64,000 bases of DNA from Escherichia coli (GCF_003790525.1 NZ_CP033635.1), one strand, 5' to 3'; shown: positions 8,659-23,390, numbered from the stretch's first letter. The notes: a model not told the origin generated them from the sequence alone. Program-made: numbers and translations.

Positions 8659-10738
8659 ACGCATTCGAGTAACGTTCCGTCTCCGGCATCCAGCGTTCTA
8701 TCAGGGCTTTTGCCTGTTGTGGGTAACGTTCGTGAATATGTCGCGCCAGGCGCTGAACTTCCGGGATCATCGCCTGATCGCGCAGTAAATCCGCCACTTT
8801 AAATTCAGCATTACCCGTCTGACGCGTACCTAACAGTTCACCCGGTCCGCGAATCTCTAAGTCTTTCTGTGCAATCACAAAACCGTCGTTGCTGTCGCGC
8901 AGCACTTGCAGCCGAATTTGCGCGGTTTTGGAGAGCGGCGTTTTGTAGAGCAGCACGCAGTGAGAAGCCACCGCACCACGACCTACACGCCCGCGAAGCT
9001 GGTGTAACTGCGCCAGACCCAGACGCTCCGGGTTTTCGATAATCATCAGACTGGCGTTAGGCACATCAACACCGACTTCAATAACGGTAGTGGCAACCAG
9101 CAGGTGTAGTTCACCTTGTTTAAACGACGCCATCACCGCCTGTTTATCGGCAGGTTTCATCCGCCCGTGTACCAGGCCGACGTTCAGTTCCGGCAACGCC
9201 AGTTTCAACTCTTCCCAGGTTGCTTCCGCCGCCTGCGCTTCCAGCAATTCCGACTCTTCAATCAACGTACAAACCCAGTATGCCTGACGACCTTCAGTTA
9301 TGCAGGCGTGGCGCACGCGGTCAATAATGTCGGTACGGCGGGTATCAGGAATAGCGACCGTAGTCACTGGCGTGCGTCCTGGCGGCAGCTCATCTATCAC
9401 CGAGGTATCGAGATCGGCATACGCAGTCATCGCCAGCGTGCGGGGGATGGGCGTGGCGGTCATGATCAACTGATGCGGATGGAAGCCCTGCTGCTGGCCT
9501 TTCTCCCATAACGCCAGACGCTGATGCACGCCAAAACGATGCTGTTCGTCGATAATCACCAGCGCCAGACCGTTAAACTGCACCTGTTCCTGGAAGATGG
9601 CGTGTGTTCCGACAATCATCTGCACCTGACCGCTGGCGATGGCTTCCTGCTGTGCCAGCCGCGCTTTACCTTTCTGCTTACCGGCGAGCCAGCCCACTTC
9701 GATACCGAGCGGTGCAAACCAGTTACGGAAGTTATTGGCGTGCTGTTCGGCGAGTAATTCGGTTGGTGCCATCAATGCCACCTGTTTGCCGTGGGCAATC
9801 GCACGCAGCGCGGCGAGGGCGGCGACCAGCGTTTTACCGGAACCTACATCGCCCTGTACCAGGCGCATCATCGGCACATCCAGCGCCATATCGCGCTCGA
9901 TCTCCGCCGCTACGCGTGCCTGTGCGCCCGTTGGCTTGAACGGTAAGGCGGCGAGGAGTTTATTTTTCAGCGCGTCATTGGCGCTCAGTGGCTGGGCATG
10001 AAAACGCTGTGCTCCGGCACGTAAGGCTAACATGCTGAGGTTGTGCGCCAGCAGTTCCTCCAGAATCAGACGGCGTTGTGCCGGATGCTGGCCGGTTTCC
10101 AGATCGCTAAGCTGTAGCGTCGGCGGCGGGCGGTGCAAAGTGCGCAACGCTTCCGGTAGCGTCATCATTCCTTGTGACAGTTCCGGCGGCAGGAGTTCTT
10201 CAATGGCGCAGGTGTCGAGCAGATCAAGCGCCTGGTCGGTTAATTTACGCAGCGTGGCCTGCTTTACGCCTTCGGTTGTTGGATAAACCGGCGTAAGCGT
10301 TTCCTGCAACTCTGGCGTACTGAGATCGCCCTGCACGCGGTATTCCGGGTGGATCATCTCCGCACCATATTTACCGCGCTTTGCTTCTCCATAGGCCAGC
10401 ACGCGGCGGCCCGTCGCCAGGCTATTTTTCATTGCCGCGTTGAAGTTGAAAAAGCGCATGGTGAGAATGCCGGAACCGTCGCTGATCTGGCAGGTCATCA
10501 TCCGCCGACCGCCGAAGGAGATATTGCAGTTCAGCACTTCGCCTTCCACCGTGGCATAAACGCCCGGTAGTAGTTCTCCGATGGGGTAGAGATGGGTGCG
10601 ATCTTCGTAGCGCAGGGGAAGGTGTAAGAGTAGATCCTGCACGGTATGCAGGTTGATTTTCGCCAGCTTGTTACTAAGCGCTGCGCCAACGCCCGTTAGG
10701 GAACTGAGCGGGACAGCATCTAACAGGCGACCTTTCAT
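8657..10738 (-). CDS. recG: ATP-dependent DNA helicase RecG
   Basis: 693 aa from MKGRLLDAVPLSSLTGVGA; helicase motifs GDVGSGKT, DEQHRFG; ORF-track start at 10771 is an upstream extension. Confidence 0.9.
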   Translation of the reverse strand: MKGRLLDAVPLSSLTGVGAALSNKLAKINLHTVQDLLLHLPLRYEDRTHLYPIGELLPGVYATVEGEVLNCNISFGGRRMMTCQISDGSGILTMRFFNFNAAMKNSLATGRRVLAYGEAKRGKYGAEMIHPEYRVQGDLSTPELQETLTPVYPTTEGVKQATLRKLTDQALDLLDTCAIEELLPPELSQGMMTLPEALRTLHRPPPTLQLSDLETGQHPAQRRLILEELLAHNLSMLALRAGAQRFHAQPLSANDALKNKLLAALPFKPTGAQARVAAEIERDMALDVPMMRLVQGDVGSGKTLVAALAALRAIAHGKQVALMAPTELLAEQHANNFRNWFAPLGIEVGWLAGKQKGKARLAQQEAIASGQVQMIVGTHAIFQEQVQFNGLALVIIDEQHRFGVHQRLALWEKGQQQGFHPHQLIMTATPIPRTLAMTAYADLDTSVIDELPPGRTPVTTVAIPDTRRTDIIDRVRHACITEGRQAYWVCTLIEESELLEAQAAEATWEELKLALPELNVGLVHGRMKPADKQAVMASFKQGELHLLVATTVIEVGVDVPNASLMIIENPERLGLAQLHQLRGRVGRGAVASHCVLLYKTPLSKTAQIRLQVLRDSNDGFVIAQKDLEIRGPGELLGTRQTGNAEFKVADLLRDQAMIPEVQRLARHIHERYPQQAKALIERWMPETERYSNA

Positions 10739-10743
10739 GGCAC

Positions 10744-11433
10744 TTATCCTGCAGCCTGCATGGTAGCCCACCAGTCGGCATCAGCTTCAATTTCGCCCTG
10801 CTGATTGACGTGGGGGTAAGGCAGGCCTTTGCGTTTTGCGACTTTCGCCAGCACCGGATAGCCGCCTTCAAACAACAGGCGTTGTTGCTCTGCTTCCGGC
10901 AACATGCTGTTTTCACGCAGGTACATGCCCGCATTTTGCCGCTGGCGCTGGGCTTCGTAAAGAATGAGGGCTGAGGCAACGGAAACATTCAGCGATTGCA
11001 CCATGCCAATCATCGGAATGATGATGTCCCGATCCGCCAGGGCCAACGCTTCCTGCGTGATGCCTGTTTTCTCCTGTCCCATCAAAATACAGGTCGGGCG
11101 AGTGTAATCAATTTCGCGGAAATCGACAGCGTTATCAGAAAGATGGGTTGCCAGAATCTGCATGCCCTGGCCTTTCAGATGAGCGACGGCATCGCCAATG
11201 GTGCGGTGCGTTTTCACCTGTACCCAGCTGTTACTACCCGCAGCTGCCGAAGCCATGGTGCGCATCCGGCTACCAGGCCAGACAGCATGAACTTCATGTA
11301 CACCAACGGCATCTGCGGTACGAATAATCGCAGAAACGTTATGAGGTTTGTGGACCTGCTCCATGCAGACGGTCAGATCAGGCTGCCGCCTGGCGAGCAT
11401 TTCGCAGATACGTGCATAACGTGTTGGGTTCAT
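10744..11433 (-). CDS. trmH: tRNA (Gm18) 2'-O-methyltransferase
   Basis: 229 aa SpoU-family protein; last gene of the spoT operon. Confidence 0.85.
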   Translation of the reverse strand: MNPTRYARICEMLARRQPDLTVCMEQVHKPHNVSAIIRTADAVGVHEVHAVWPGSRMRTMASAAAGSNSWVQVKTHRTIGDAVAHLKGQGMQILATHLSDNAVDFREIDYTRPTCILMGQEKTGITQEALALADRDIIIPMIGMVQSLNVSVASALILYEAQRQRQNAGMYLRENSMLPEAEQQRLLFEGGYPVLAKVAKRKGLPYPHVNQQGEIEADADWWATMQAAG

Positions 11434-11439
11434 AAAACA

Positions 11440-13548
11440 TTAATTTCGGTTTCGGGTGACTTTAATCACGTCTGGCATCACGCGGATTTTGCGCATGATA
11501 TTCGCCAGATGCACACGGTCACGGGCGGTCAGACGAATAAAGGCGCTGTAGACGCGACCATCTTTCTCTTCCGTATTCAAACTTTGAATATTCGAGGTCG
11601 TGGTGTTAATTGCCGCTGTCAGGTTTGCCAGCGCGCCCTGATGATTGAACATCTCCACCTTGATTTCGGTGATGAACTCCTGCGCCGTCTCTTTATCCCA
11701 TTCCACAGCCATAAACTTCTCTGGCTCTTTCTGGTAGCCACGGATGTTACGGCAGGATTCATGGTGGATCACCAGACCTTTACCGGGGCTCACGTGGGCG
11801 ATAATCGGGTCGCCAGGAATAGGGCGGCAGCATTTCGCAAAGGTGATCAGCACGCCATCGGCACCTTTAATGGGCAGATGTCCGTGACTTTGGGTTGCCG
11901 GTGGAATGGAGGCGTCCCCATGTTGCAGATTTTTCGCGACCACCACGCTCATTGCGTTACCAAGGCCGATTTCAGCCAGCAGATCGTCAAGCGTTGCCAG
12001 CTTCATGCGGTCCAGCTCGCGCTGAATATTTTCCTGCGGGATTTCATTGAGCTTACGGCTACCACCCAACGCATGGTTGAGCAGACGACGTCCCAGGCTT
12101 ACAGAATCATCACGCTTGAGGTTTTTCAGCAACTGACGAATTTTGGCGCGCGCTTTCGAGCTGACGACAAAGTTCAGCCACGCGGCATTCGGGCGAGCGC
12201 CCGGTGCGGTAATGATTTCAACGGTTTGACCGCTGGTAAGCGGCTGCGACAGCGGGTAAGGCTGACGGTCGACACGCGCGCCCACGCAGGCATGACCGAT
12301 ATCGGTATGCACCGCATAAGCGAAGTCGACGGGCGTTGCACCGGCAGGCAGTTCGACAATGCGCCCTTCCGGTGTGAAAACGTAAATCTCATCCGGGAAG
12401 AGATCGGATTTAACGCTCTCGATAAATTCAAACGAGCTACCGGCACTCTGTTGCAGCTCCAGCAGGCTTTGCATCCAGCGCTGGGCGCGGATTTGCGCGG
12501 TGGTGCTGGTTTCGCCGTGCTCTTTATAAGCCCAGTGCGCGGCAACACCCATCTCCGCCATCTGATCCATATCTTCGGTACGGATTTGGACCTCAACCGG
12601 CACGCCGTGCGGGCCAATCATCGAGGTGTGCAAAGACTGATAGCCGTTCGCTTTTGGAATGGCGATGTAGTCTTTCACGCGACCCGGACGCGGCTTGTAC
12701 AGGCTATGCATTTGCCCGAGCACGCGATAACAGGTGTCGGAATCATTGACGATCACGCGGAAAGCGTAGATGTCCATGATTGAGTGAAAACGCTGCTCTT
12801 TGAGCACCATTTTGCAGTAGATCGAATAAAGATGCTTCTCGCGACCACTGACGCGGCACGGTATTCCCGCTTCCTGCAAACGCCCTTCGATTTCAGAGAG
12901 GATTTTTTGGATCATCTCTTTACGGTTGCCGCGTGCGGCTTTCACCACTTCTTTGATTACGCGGTAACGGTTGGGATACAGCGCCTCAAAACCCAGCTCT
13001 TCGAGTTCGGTTTTAATGTGGTGGATACCTAAACGGTGCGCCAGCGGGCTGTAAATTTCGAGTGTTTCACGGGCGATGCGGCGACGTTTGTCCGGGCGAA
13101 GTGAGCCCAGCGTGCGCATGTTGTGGGTACGGTCGGCAAGTTTGATGAGAATGACGCGGATATCCTGCACCATCGCCATAATCATCTTGCGAAAGTTTTC
13201 GGCCTGCGCCTCTTTCTTATCGCGGAACTTGAGCTTATCAAGTTTCGACACCCCCTCTACCAGCTCGGCGACGCTTTTACCAAAAAGCTGTTCCATGTCC
13301 TGGTAGGTGGCGGGAGTATCTTCAATCACGTCATGCAGCAGCGCCGCCATCAGCGTTTCATAGTCGAGTTTCATCTCGGCCAGAATGCAGGCAACCGCCA
13401 CCGGGTGCGTGATATAGGGTTCACCGCTTGAACGTGTTTGCCCCTCGTGAGCATCACGTGCAACGAGATACGCCTGCCGCAGACGCTTGATTTGGTCTTC
13501 CGGCAGGTAGGTTTGAATCAGTTGATTCAGGCTTTCAAACAGATACAA
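11440..13548 (-). CDS. spoT: bifunctional (p)ppGpp synthetase/hydrolase SpoT
   Basis: 702 aa; HD domain (HDVIEDT), synthetase domain, TGS and ACT C-terminal regions. Confidence 0.92.
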   Translation of the reverse strand: MYLFESLNQLIQTYLPEDQIKRLRQAYLVARDAHEGQTRSSGEPYITHPVAVACILAEMKLDYETLMAALLHDVIEDTPATYQDMEQLFGKSVAELVEGVSKLDKLKFRDKKEAQAENFRKMIMAMVQDIRVILIKLADRTHNMRTLGSLRPDKRRRIARETLEIYSPLAHRLGIHHIKTELEELGFEALYPNRYRVIKEVVKAARGNRKEMIQKILSEIEGRLQEAGIPCRVSGREKHLYSIYCKMVLKEQRFHSIMDIYAFRVIVNDSDTCYRVLGQMHSLYKPRPGRVKDYIAIPKANGYQSLHTSMIGPHGVPVEVQIRTEDMDQMAEMGVAAHWAYKEHGETSTTAQIRAQRWMQSLLELQQSAGSSFEFIESVKSDLFPDEIYVFTPEGRIVELPAGATPVDFAYAVHTDIGHACVGARVDRQPYPLSQPLTSGQTVEIITAPGARPNAAWLNFVVSSKARAKIRQLLKNLKRDDSVSLGRRLLNHALGGSRKLNEIPQENIQRELDRMKLATLDDLLAEIGLGNAMSVVVAKNLQHGDASIPPATQSHGHLPIKGADGVLITFAKCCRPIPGDPIIAHVSPGKGLVIHHESCRNIRGYQKEPEKFMAVEWDKETAQEFITEIKVEMFNHQGALANLTAAINTTTSNIQSLNTEEKDGRVYSAFIRLTARDRVHLANIMRKIRVMPDVIKVTRNRN

Positions 13549-13566
13549 GGGCGACCCGCTTTGTGA

Positions 13567-13842
13567 TTAACGACGACCTTCAGCAATAGCGGTAACGGCT
13601 TGTAATTCAGCGGCTTCCTGCTCTTGCTGTTCCTGGCGTTCACGAACGTCGAGGATCTGGTTGTTGATCAGACCTTCTTCGATTTCGCGCAGCGCGATTA
13701 CAGTGGTTTTATCGTTTTCTTCCGGTACCAGCGGATCCTTTCCGCCTACCTGCATCTGACGAGCGCGACGCGCGGCGACCAGTACCAGGTCAAAACGGTT
13801 ACCAATTTTCTCTACAGCGTCCTGAACAGTTACGCGTGCCAT
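13567..13842 (-). CDS. rpoZ: RNA polymerase omega subunit
   Basis: 91 aa [29 protein letters not shown]. Confidence 0.92.
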
Positions 13843-13896
13843 ACTTAAAAAGCTCCACAGGTGAAGAAATGACTGGGCATGATACTGAAATCAGGT

Positions 13897-14684
<788 letters not shown>

Positions 14685-14685
14685 C

Positions 14686-17073
<2,388 letters not shown>

Positions 17074-17363
17074 GGTTCTCTCCCTAAAAATCTGTCTGGC
17101 AGGGTAGCGATTTGTGCGTATTGTCACGATTGAGATTTTTTAAGGTGAGAGGAAATTGATAACTTTTAGTTATGTGAAATCGCTATTTTCTGTAGCGTAG
17201 ATGTATTCTTCTGACTTCTTGTCTGAGAAAATGCATAAGAAAAAATAGGTTAAAATTGAGGGTGGAAAAGAAAGGTGCAATGTTTAGCCATTGTGTTCAC
17301 CGCACCTGGACTTTGGCTTACGCATCGGGTATCTCAATCAACAAAAAGAGTTTTTAGTTTCTG

Positions 17364-18188
17364 CTATTTCTTCTCTGTAATTTTTACACTGTTTTCCAAC
17401 TGCTTGATGCTGACCTGCGGGGTCGGCAACTCTTCAGGCATGGTTCCGCCAAGTTCCTGAATGGTTTGCCTCACCTTGCTACCCACGTCAAAGTGTGTGG
17501 TATTAGCTTGCTGTTTTGAATTCACGCCATCCCGCTTGAGTTTTTCTTCTGTTTGGGTAGCTCGAAAGAGATTAGCCGCCAGTTCTGTTGAACCCATATG
17601 ATCCAGGATCTTCTGACTCTTTTTCAGCCCCTTCCGCTGATGGATGGCTTTCTGATCTAATCCACCATACAGTCCCCGGTAACCATGATTCTGAAATATG
17701 GCGAAATCGGTAGCTGTCGCTACCCCAGCTTGCTGCGCTGCCTCAACTAATTGTTTGTTATGTTCTTTCAACTCATTTCTCAGAAAAAGACGCTTTTCGT
17801 CTTCACGAAGTTGCCTGAAAGCTTCATCGTCAGCCAGCTCCTGCCGTCGGGTCTGGATAGCAAAATAAGTTTGCCCTGCCGCAATAACCGGTTTCGCAGG
17901 GTCGCCGTTTTGTACTACCAGGTAACAGGCATAGCGGGAGAGATGAACATCTTCAAGTTCTCGTTGAGCCCCTGAACCTAATACAACCATTTTGGTGGTT
18001 TCAACGAAATGGTCAGATGCAGCTTGATTGCTGGCTTCGCACGCTTGAGTCGCGCGGGCCAGTACCTTTTGAAAATTGCGCCAGTCCCGATAATCCAGTA
18101 ACGGAGCCAATTCTCTCGCTGACCAAAATTCTTGCCCTTCAGTGCCATAATGCCGTATTTCTTCAAAAGGTTGATGATGTTCGTTCAT
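17364..18188 (-). CDS. dinD: DNA damage-inducible protein D
   Basis: 274 aa from MNEHHQPFEEIRHYG; LexA box immediately upstream. Confidence 0.8.
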   Translation of the reverse strand: MNEHHQPFEEIRHYGTEGQEFWSARELAPLLDYRDWRNFQKVLARATQACEASNQAASDHFVETTKMVVLGSGAQRELEDVHLSRYACYLVVQNGDPAKPVIAAGQTYFAIQTRRQELADDEAFRQLREDEKRLFLRNELKEHNKQLVEAAQQAGVATATDFAIFQNHGYRGLYGGLDQKAIHQRKGLKKSQKILDHMGSTELAANLFRATQTEEKLKRDGVNSKQQANTTHFDVGSKVRQTIQELGGTMPEELPTPQVSIKQLENSVKITEKK

Positions 18189-18233
18189 TGCCCACTCCAT
18201 GTGATATCGATTGCAAGGAAAGTAAGTTTACAA

Positions 18234-18249
18234 CTGTGTTTATATACAG
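18234..18249. promoter_or_regulatory. LexA (SOS) box upstream of dinD
   Basis: CTGTGTTTATATACAG matches the CTG-N10-CAG SOS box consensus, 46 bp upstream of the dinD start. Confidence 0.7.
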
Positions 18250-18409
18250 TTGTGAGTATCTCACGTTCTCACTGCGCTGGGCAAAAAAACATCGCAAAAT
18301 CTGGAGCAGGCACGCAAAACAGAATTGAATGTTGCGGGGAGGAAAAATGCCGCTCTGTTTGAGTGGGCGGCATTTGTGAAGGCTGAAAAGGAAGAATTGG
18401 CGTTACGAG

Positions 18410-19273
18410 TTATTCAATGTTCTGAATCTGCTCGCGCATCTGCTCAATCAACACTTTCAGCTCAATCGCGGAGTTTGTCACTTCGGCATTGATAGACTTC
18501 GAAGCAAGAGTGTTCGACTCGCGGTTGAACTCCTGCATCATAAAGTCCAGACGACGGCCAACCGCTTCTTTTTTCTTCAGAATGTTGTAGGTCTCTTTGA
18601 CATGCGCTTCGAGGCGATCCAGTTCTTCGGCAACGTCAATTCGTTGTGCCAGCAGAACCAACTCCTGCTCCAGACGGTTGTTTTCCAGTTGCACCTGAGC
18701 ATCTTCCAGCTTCGCGACCAGACGCTCACGCTGCCATTGCAGGATTTCCGGCATATGGGCGCGGACTTTGACCACTTCGGCGCTGACGCCTTCCAGACGC
18801 TGCTCAATCAACACTTTCAGCGCCTGACCTTCGGTTTCACGTGCGATGATAAAGTCGTCCAGCGTACCATCCAACGCCGCGAGAATTTCAGCGGCAATCG
18901 CGTCGAGATCCTGCTCCTGGGCTGCCATCACGCCCGGCCAGCGTAGAATATCAACCGGATTGATTTCCCCTTCGTCACTCTGCATTTTTACCCAGTTCGC
19001 GGCAGTTACCAGCTGTTTAGCCAGTTTTTCGTTGAGGATCAGCTCACCTTGCGCGCTAACATCTGGCTCATAGCGCAGGGTACATTCCACTTTACCGCGC
19101 GTCAGGCGAGAACGAATACGCTCACGAACGACAGGTTCAAGGCTACGGAACTGCTCCGGCAGACGAAAGTAAGTTTCCAGATAACGCTGGTTTACCGAGC
19201 GCATTTCCCAGGTTGCGCTCCCCCATTCACCCTTGATTTCACGCCGGGCGTAGGCGGTCATACTGCGGATCAT
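18410..19273 (-). CDS. yicC: YicC-family stress-induced protein (endoribonuclease-like)
   Basis: 287 aa MIRSMTAYARREIKGEWGSATWEMRSVNQRYLE. Confidence 0.85.
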   Translation of the reverse strand: MIRSMTAYARREIKGEWGSATWEMRSVNQRYLETYFRLPEQFRSLEPVVRERIRSRLTRGKVECTLRYEPDVSAQGELILNEKLAKQLVTAANWVKMQSDEGEINPVDILRWPGVMAAQEQDLDAIAAEILAALDGTLDDFIIARETEGQALKVLIEQRLEGVSAEVVKVRAHMPEILQWQRERLVAKLEDAQVQLENNRLEQELVLLAQRIDVAEELDRLEAHVKETYNILKKKEAVGRRLDFMMQEFNRESNTLASKSINAEVTNSAIELKVLIEQMREQIQNIE

Positions 19274-19399
19274 AGACGTTCCTGTTTATAAAAGGAGAGG
19301 TGGAAGGATTATAGCCATCGATGCCTTGTCAGGATAGGAATAACCGCCGGAAGTCCGTATAATGCGCAGCCACATTTGTTTCAAGCCGGAGATTTCAAT

Positions 19400-20116
19400 A
19401 TGCGTCCAGCAGGCCGTAGCAATAATCAGGTGCGTCCCGTTACCCTGACTCGTAACTATACAAAACATGCAGAAGGCTCGGTGCTGGTCGAATTTGGCGA
19501 TACCAAAGTATTGTGTACCGCCTCTATTGAAGAAGGCGTGCCGCGCTTCCTGAAAGGTCAGGGCCAGGGCTGGATCACCGCAGAGTACGGCATGCTGCCA
19601 CGTTCTACCCACACCCGTAACGCGCGTGAAGCAGCGAAAGGTAAGCAGGGTGGGCGCACAATGGAAATCCAGCGTCTGATCGCCCGTGCTCTTCGCGCAG
19701 CAGTAGATTTGAAAGCGCTGGGTGAGTTCACTATTACGCTGGACTGCGACGTGCTTCAGGCTGATGGTGGCACGCGTACCGCTTCGATTACGGGTGCCTG
19801 CGTGGCGCTGGCAGATGCGTTACAGAAGCTGGTGGAAAACGGCAAGCTGAAAACCAACCCGATGAAAGGGATGGTAGCCGCGGTTTCTGTCGGGATTGTG
19901 AACGGCGAAGCGGTTTGCGATCTGGAATACGTTGAAGACTCTGCCGCAGAGACCGACATGAACGTAGTGATGACCGAAGACGGGCGCATCATTGAAGTGC
20001 AGGGGACGGCAGAAGGCGAGCCGTTCACCCATGAAGAGCTGCTCACCTTGTTGGCGCTGGCCCGAGGGGGAATCGAATCCATTGTAGCGACGCAGAAGGC
20101 GGCGCTGGCAAACTGA
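19400..20116 (+). CDS. rph: ribonuclease PH (full-length form)
   Basis: 238 aa from [14 protein letters not shown] ending [12 protein letters not shown]-track start 19376 is an upstream extension. Confidence 0.9.
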   Translation: MRPAGRSNNQVRPVTLTRNYTKHAEGSVLVEFGDTKVLCTASIEEGVPRFLKGQGQGWITAEYGMLPRSTHTRNAREAAKGKQGGRTMEIQRLIARALRAAVDLKALGEFTITLDCDVLQADGGTRTASITGACVALADALQKLVENGKLKTNPMKGMVAAVSVGIVNGEAVCDLEYVEDSAAETDMNVVMTEDGRIIEVQGTAEGEPFTHEELLTLLALARGGIESIVATQKAALAN

Positions 20117-20122
20117 TTTTTA

Positions 20123-20150
20123 AGGCGACTGATGAGTCGCCTTTTTTTTG
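20123..20150 (+). terminator. pyrE attenuator hairpin in the rph-pyrE intercistronic leader
   Basis: AGGCGACT-gatg-AGTCGCCT hairpin followed by TTTTTTTT, 30 bp upstream of pyrE. Confidence 0.7.
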
Positions 20151-20181
20151 TCTGTAGAAAAGTAAGATGAGGAGCGAAGGC

Positions 20182-20823
20182 ATGAAACTATATCAGCGCC
20201 AGTTTATTGAATTTGCGCTTAGCAAGCAGGTGTTAAAGTTTGGCGAGTTTACGCTGAAATCCGGGCGCAAAAGCCCCTATTTCTTCAACGCCGGGCTGTT
20301 TAATACCGGGCGCGATCTGGCACTGTTAGGCCGTTTTTACGCTGAAGCATTGGTGGATTCCGGCATTGAGTTCGATCTGCTGTTTGGCCCTGCTTACAAA
20401 GGGATCCCGATTGCCACCACAACTGCCGTGGCGATGGCGGAGCATCATGACCTGGACCTGCCGTACTGCTTTAACCGCAAAGAAGCAAAAGACCACGGTG
20501 AAGGCGGCAATCTGGTTGGTAGCGCGTTACAAGGACGCGTAATGCTGGTGGATGATGTGATCACCGCCGGAACGGCGATTCGCGAGTCGATGGAAATTAT
20601 TCAGGCCAATGGCGCGACGCTTGCTGGCGTATTGATTTCGCTCGATCGTCAGGAACGGGGGCGCGGCGAGATTTCGGCAATTCAGGAAGTTGAGCGTGAT
20701 TACAACTGCAAAGTGATCTCTATCATCACCCTGAAAGACCTGATTGCTTACCTCGAAGAGAAGCCAGAAATGGCGGAACATCTGGCGGCGGTTAAGGCCT
20801 ACCGCGAAGAGTTTGGCGTTTAA
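20182..20823 (+). CDS. pyrE: orotate phosphoribosyltransferase
   Basis: 213 aa from [36 protein letters not shown]. Confidence 0.9.
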
Positions 20824-20830
20824 AGAAACT

Positions 20831-20854
20831 CGCCGGATGAAAAGTCATCCGGCG
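20831..20854. terminator. bidirectional hairpin between convergent pyrE and slmA
   Basis: CGCCGGATGA-aaag-TCATCCGGCG perfect 10-bp stem. Confidence 0.55.
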
Positions 20855-20859
20855 TCATA

Positions 20860-21456
20860 TTACTGCAACTGTGCAGCAATTAGCGGCCAGCGGGCGTCAA
20901 AGTCATCCGTCGGGCGGTATTTAAACTCGCTGCGGACAAAGCGTGACAGCATACCTTCACAGAAGGCCAGGATCTGGCTTGCCAGCAGGGTTTCATCCGT
21001 CGCGTAGCCTTCGCCCTCACGCATTCTCTTTTCACGCAATACCTGACGCAACTGCGCTTCAATACGCTCGAATAGCTGGTTGATGCGCCCTTGCAGGCGA
21101 TCCTGTTCAAACATTAGTGCATGACCAGTGAGGATGCGGGTCAGGCCAGGATTACGCTCACCAAAACCGAGAAGCAGCAACACAATCAGACGCAGGCGCG
21201 CTGTGGTGTCTTTCTCATCTTTCAGAATCAGATTGATGCGAGTAATCAGGCTATCTTCGATAAACTCAATCAGGCTATCGAACATGCGGGTCTTACTGGG
21301 GAAGTGGCGATACAGTGCCGCTTCGGAAACGCCGACAGAGGCGGCCAGTTTTGCCGTCGTGATACGTTGGCTTCCATCGCTGGATTCCAGCATCAGCGCC
21401 AGAGACTGAAGTATTTCCTCGCGACGGTTCCTTTTCGCAGTTTGTTTTTCTGCCAT
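20860..21456 (-). CDS. slmA: nucleoid occlusion factor SlmA (TetR family)
   Basis: 198 aa from [24 protein letters not shown]. Confidence 0.85.
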   Translation of the reverse strand: MAEKQTAKRNRREEILQSLALMLESSDGSQRITTAKLAASVGVSEAALYRHFPSKTRMFDSLIEFIEDSLITRINLILKDEKDTTARLRLIVLLLLGFGERNPGLTRILTGHALMFEQDRLQGRINQLFERIEAQLRQVLREKRMREGEGYATDETLLASQILAFCEGMLSRFVRSEFKYRPTDDFDARWPLIAAQLQ

Positions 21457-21562
21457 GTTACAAAATACCCCTGAAAATAAGCACTTGCCAGGCGGCACCC
21501 ACGCTATGACCGCAAACGAAATGTTTGCGGCTATGTTATGACGTTATTCGGATGCGTATGTG

Positions 21563-22018
21563 TTACTGACGACCAGAGTGACCAAAGCCGCCTTCACCGC
21601 GGTCGGTGGCGTCGAAATCTTCCACCAGATTAAATTCAGCCTGTACTACCGGAACAAAAATCATCTGGGCGATGCGTTCGCCAGGTTGAATGGTGAAGCT
21701 GTCCTGACCACGGTTCCATACGGAAATCATCAACTGGCCCTGATAGTCAGAATCGATCAATCCTACCAGGTTACCAAGCACGATACCGTGCTTATGTCCC
21801 AATCCGGAGCGCGGCAGCATCATTGCCGCCAGTGAAGGATCGGCAATATGAATCGCCAGCCCGGTCGGAACCAGCGTAGTGTCACCCGGAGCCAGTTCTA
21901 CGGCGTCGTCGAGACAGGCACGCAGGTCAAGTCCGGCAGAGCCAGAGGTGGCATAAGTCGGGAGCGGAAATTCCTTCCCAACGCGCGGGTCCAGAATCTT
22001 AACGTCGATTTTTTTCAT
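21563..22018 (-). CDS. dut: dUTP diphosphatase
   Basis: About 151 aa [34 protein letters not shown]. Confidence 0.9.
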
Positions 22019-23219
22019 CATAACGGGTCACGATCTCGTCGAGTAATAATTGGCCAAGGAGCTCTTTGCGCTCAAGCGGTAAGACTTTATCTCCGTCCTG
22101 CCAGAAAAGGTGTAATGCGTTGTTGTCGCTGTTAAATCCTTGAGTTGGCTGGGAAACATCGTTCGCGCAGATCAGATCAAGGTTTTTACGGATACGTTTT
22201 TGCCGGGCGTATTCTTCCACATTATTTGTTTCGGCGGCAAATCCAACGACGTAGGGTCGATGGTCTTTTAGTGCGGCAACGCCTGCGACGATATCGGGGT
22301 TTTTAACCATTTTTATTGTTAATTCATCACCCTGCGTGGCCTGCTTTTTGATTTTTTCTGGGGCCACGGTAGCTGCGCGATAATCCGCCACGGCGGCGCA
22401 ACCGATAAAAATATTTTGCTGCTGTACAGAAGCATTCACGGCGGCTTCCATTTCCAGCGCGGTCATCACATCAACACGGTTAACAAACGGTGGCGTCGGT
22501 AGTGAAACCGGACCTGATACCAGCGTGACGTTCGCGCCACGACGGGCTGCGGCGGCGGCGATAGCAAAACCCATCTTGCCGGAGCTGTGATTAGAGATAT
22601 AACGCACGGGATCGAGCGGTTCACGCGTCGGACCGGCGGTAATCATAATGTTCAGATGTTTCAGGTCGTTGACGGGCGAAAAATGCGCTACCGCCATATC
22701 CACAATGGTTAACGGATCGAGCATTCGCCCTGGGCCGATATCACCACAAGCCTGACTGCCGCTGTCTGGCCCCCAGATGAGCAAACCACGCGAGGCAAGC
22801 ACCTCTAAATTATGCTGGGTGGCGGCGGCACGGTACATCTGCTGGTTCATGGCGGGGAGCACGGCTACAGGCGCAGGTGTAGCCAGACAAATCGTCGATA
22901 CCAGGTCATTCGCCATTCCGGCAGCAACACGGGCAATTAAATCTGCCGTGGCAGGGGCGAGAATCACTAAATCAGCCCATTTACCCAGCTCAATATGGCC
23001 CATAGCGGCTTCGGCTGCCGGGTCCAGCAGACTGTCGGAAACGGGATAACCAGAAACCGCCTGCAAGCTAAGTGGGGTGATAAAGGCTTTTGCCGCTTCG
23101 GTCATGGCTACGCGGACGTCGGCCCCGCGATCGCGCAAACGACGCACCAGTTCAGGGGTTTTATAGGCAGCAATACCGCCGCTGACGCCGAGAACGATTT
23201 TTTTACCGGCCAGGCTCAT
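21999..23219 (-). CDS. coaBC: bifunctional phosphopantothenoylcysteine decarboxylase / synthetase
   Basis: 406 aa from [28 protein letters not shown]; 3' end overlaps dut start. Confidence 0.9.
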
Positions 23220-23390
23220 GATGATTTTTCCTGTTGGGTGACACCAGAAGTTGGCGATTTTATCACAATACTTTTGTTGTCGTGCCTTCACCTGAGAATC
23301 ACTTTGCGAGGCGCTTTCCAGGATTGAAAACTGGCCGTCGATTTAACGGAACGGCTATGACAGGATGCGAGCACCACAAAGGAGGTGAAG

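Noticed and set aside
10996-12783. 595-aa ORF on the + strand
   Set aside because: Lies entirely antisense to spoT, has no recognisable domain and a His/Arg-rich composition typical of a reverse-frame artefact of a GC-rich gene.
17275-17460. 61-aa ORF between yicG and dinD
   Set aside because: Overlaps the 3' end of dinD on the opposite strand; low-complexity, no RBS.
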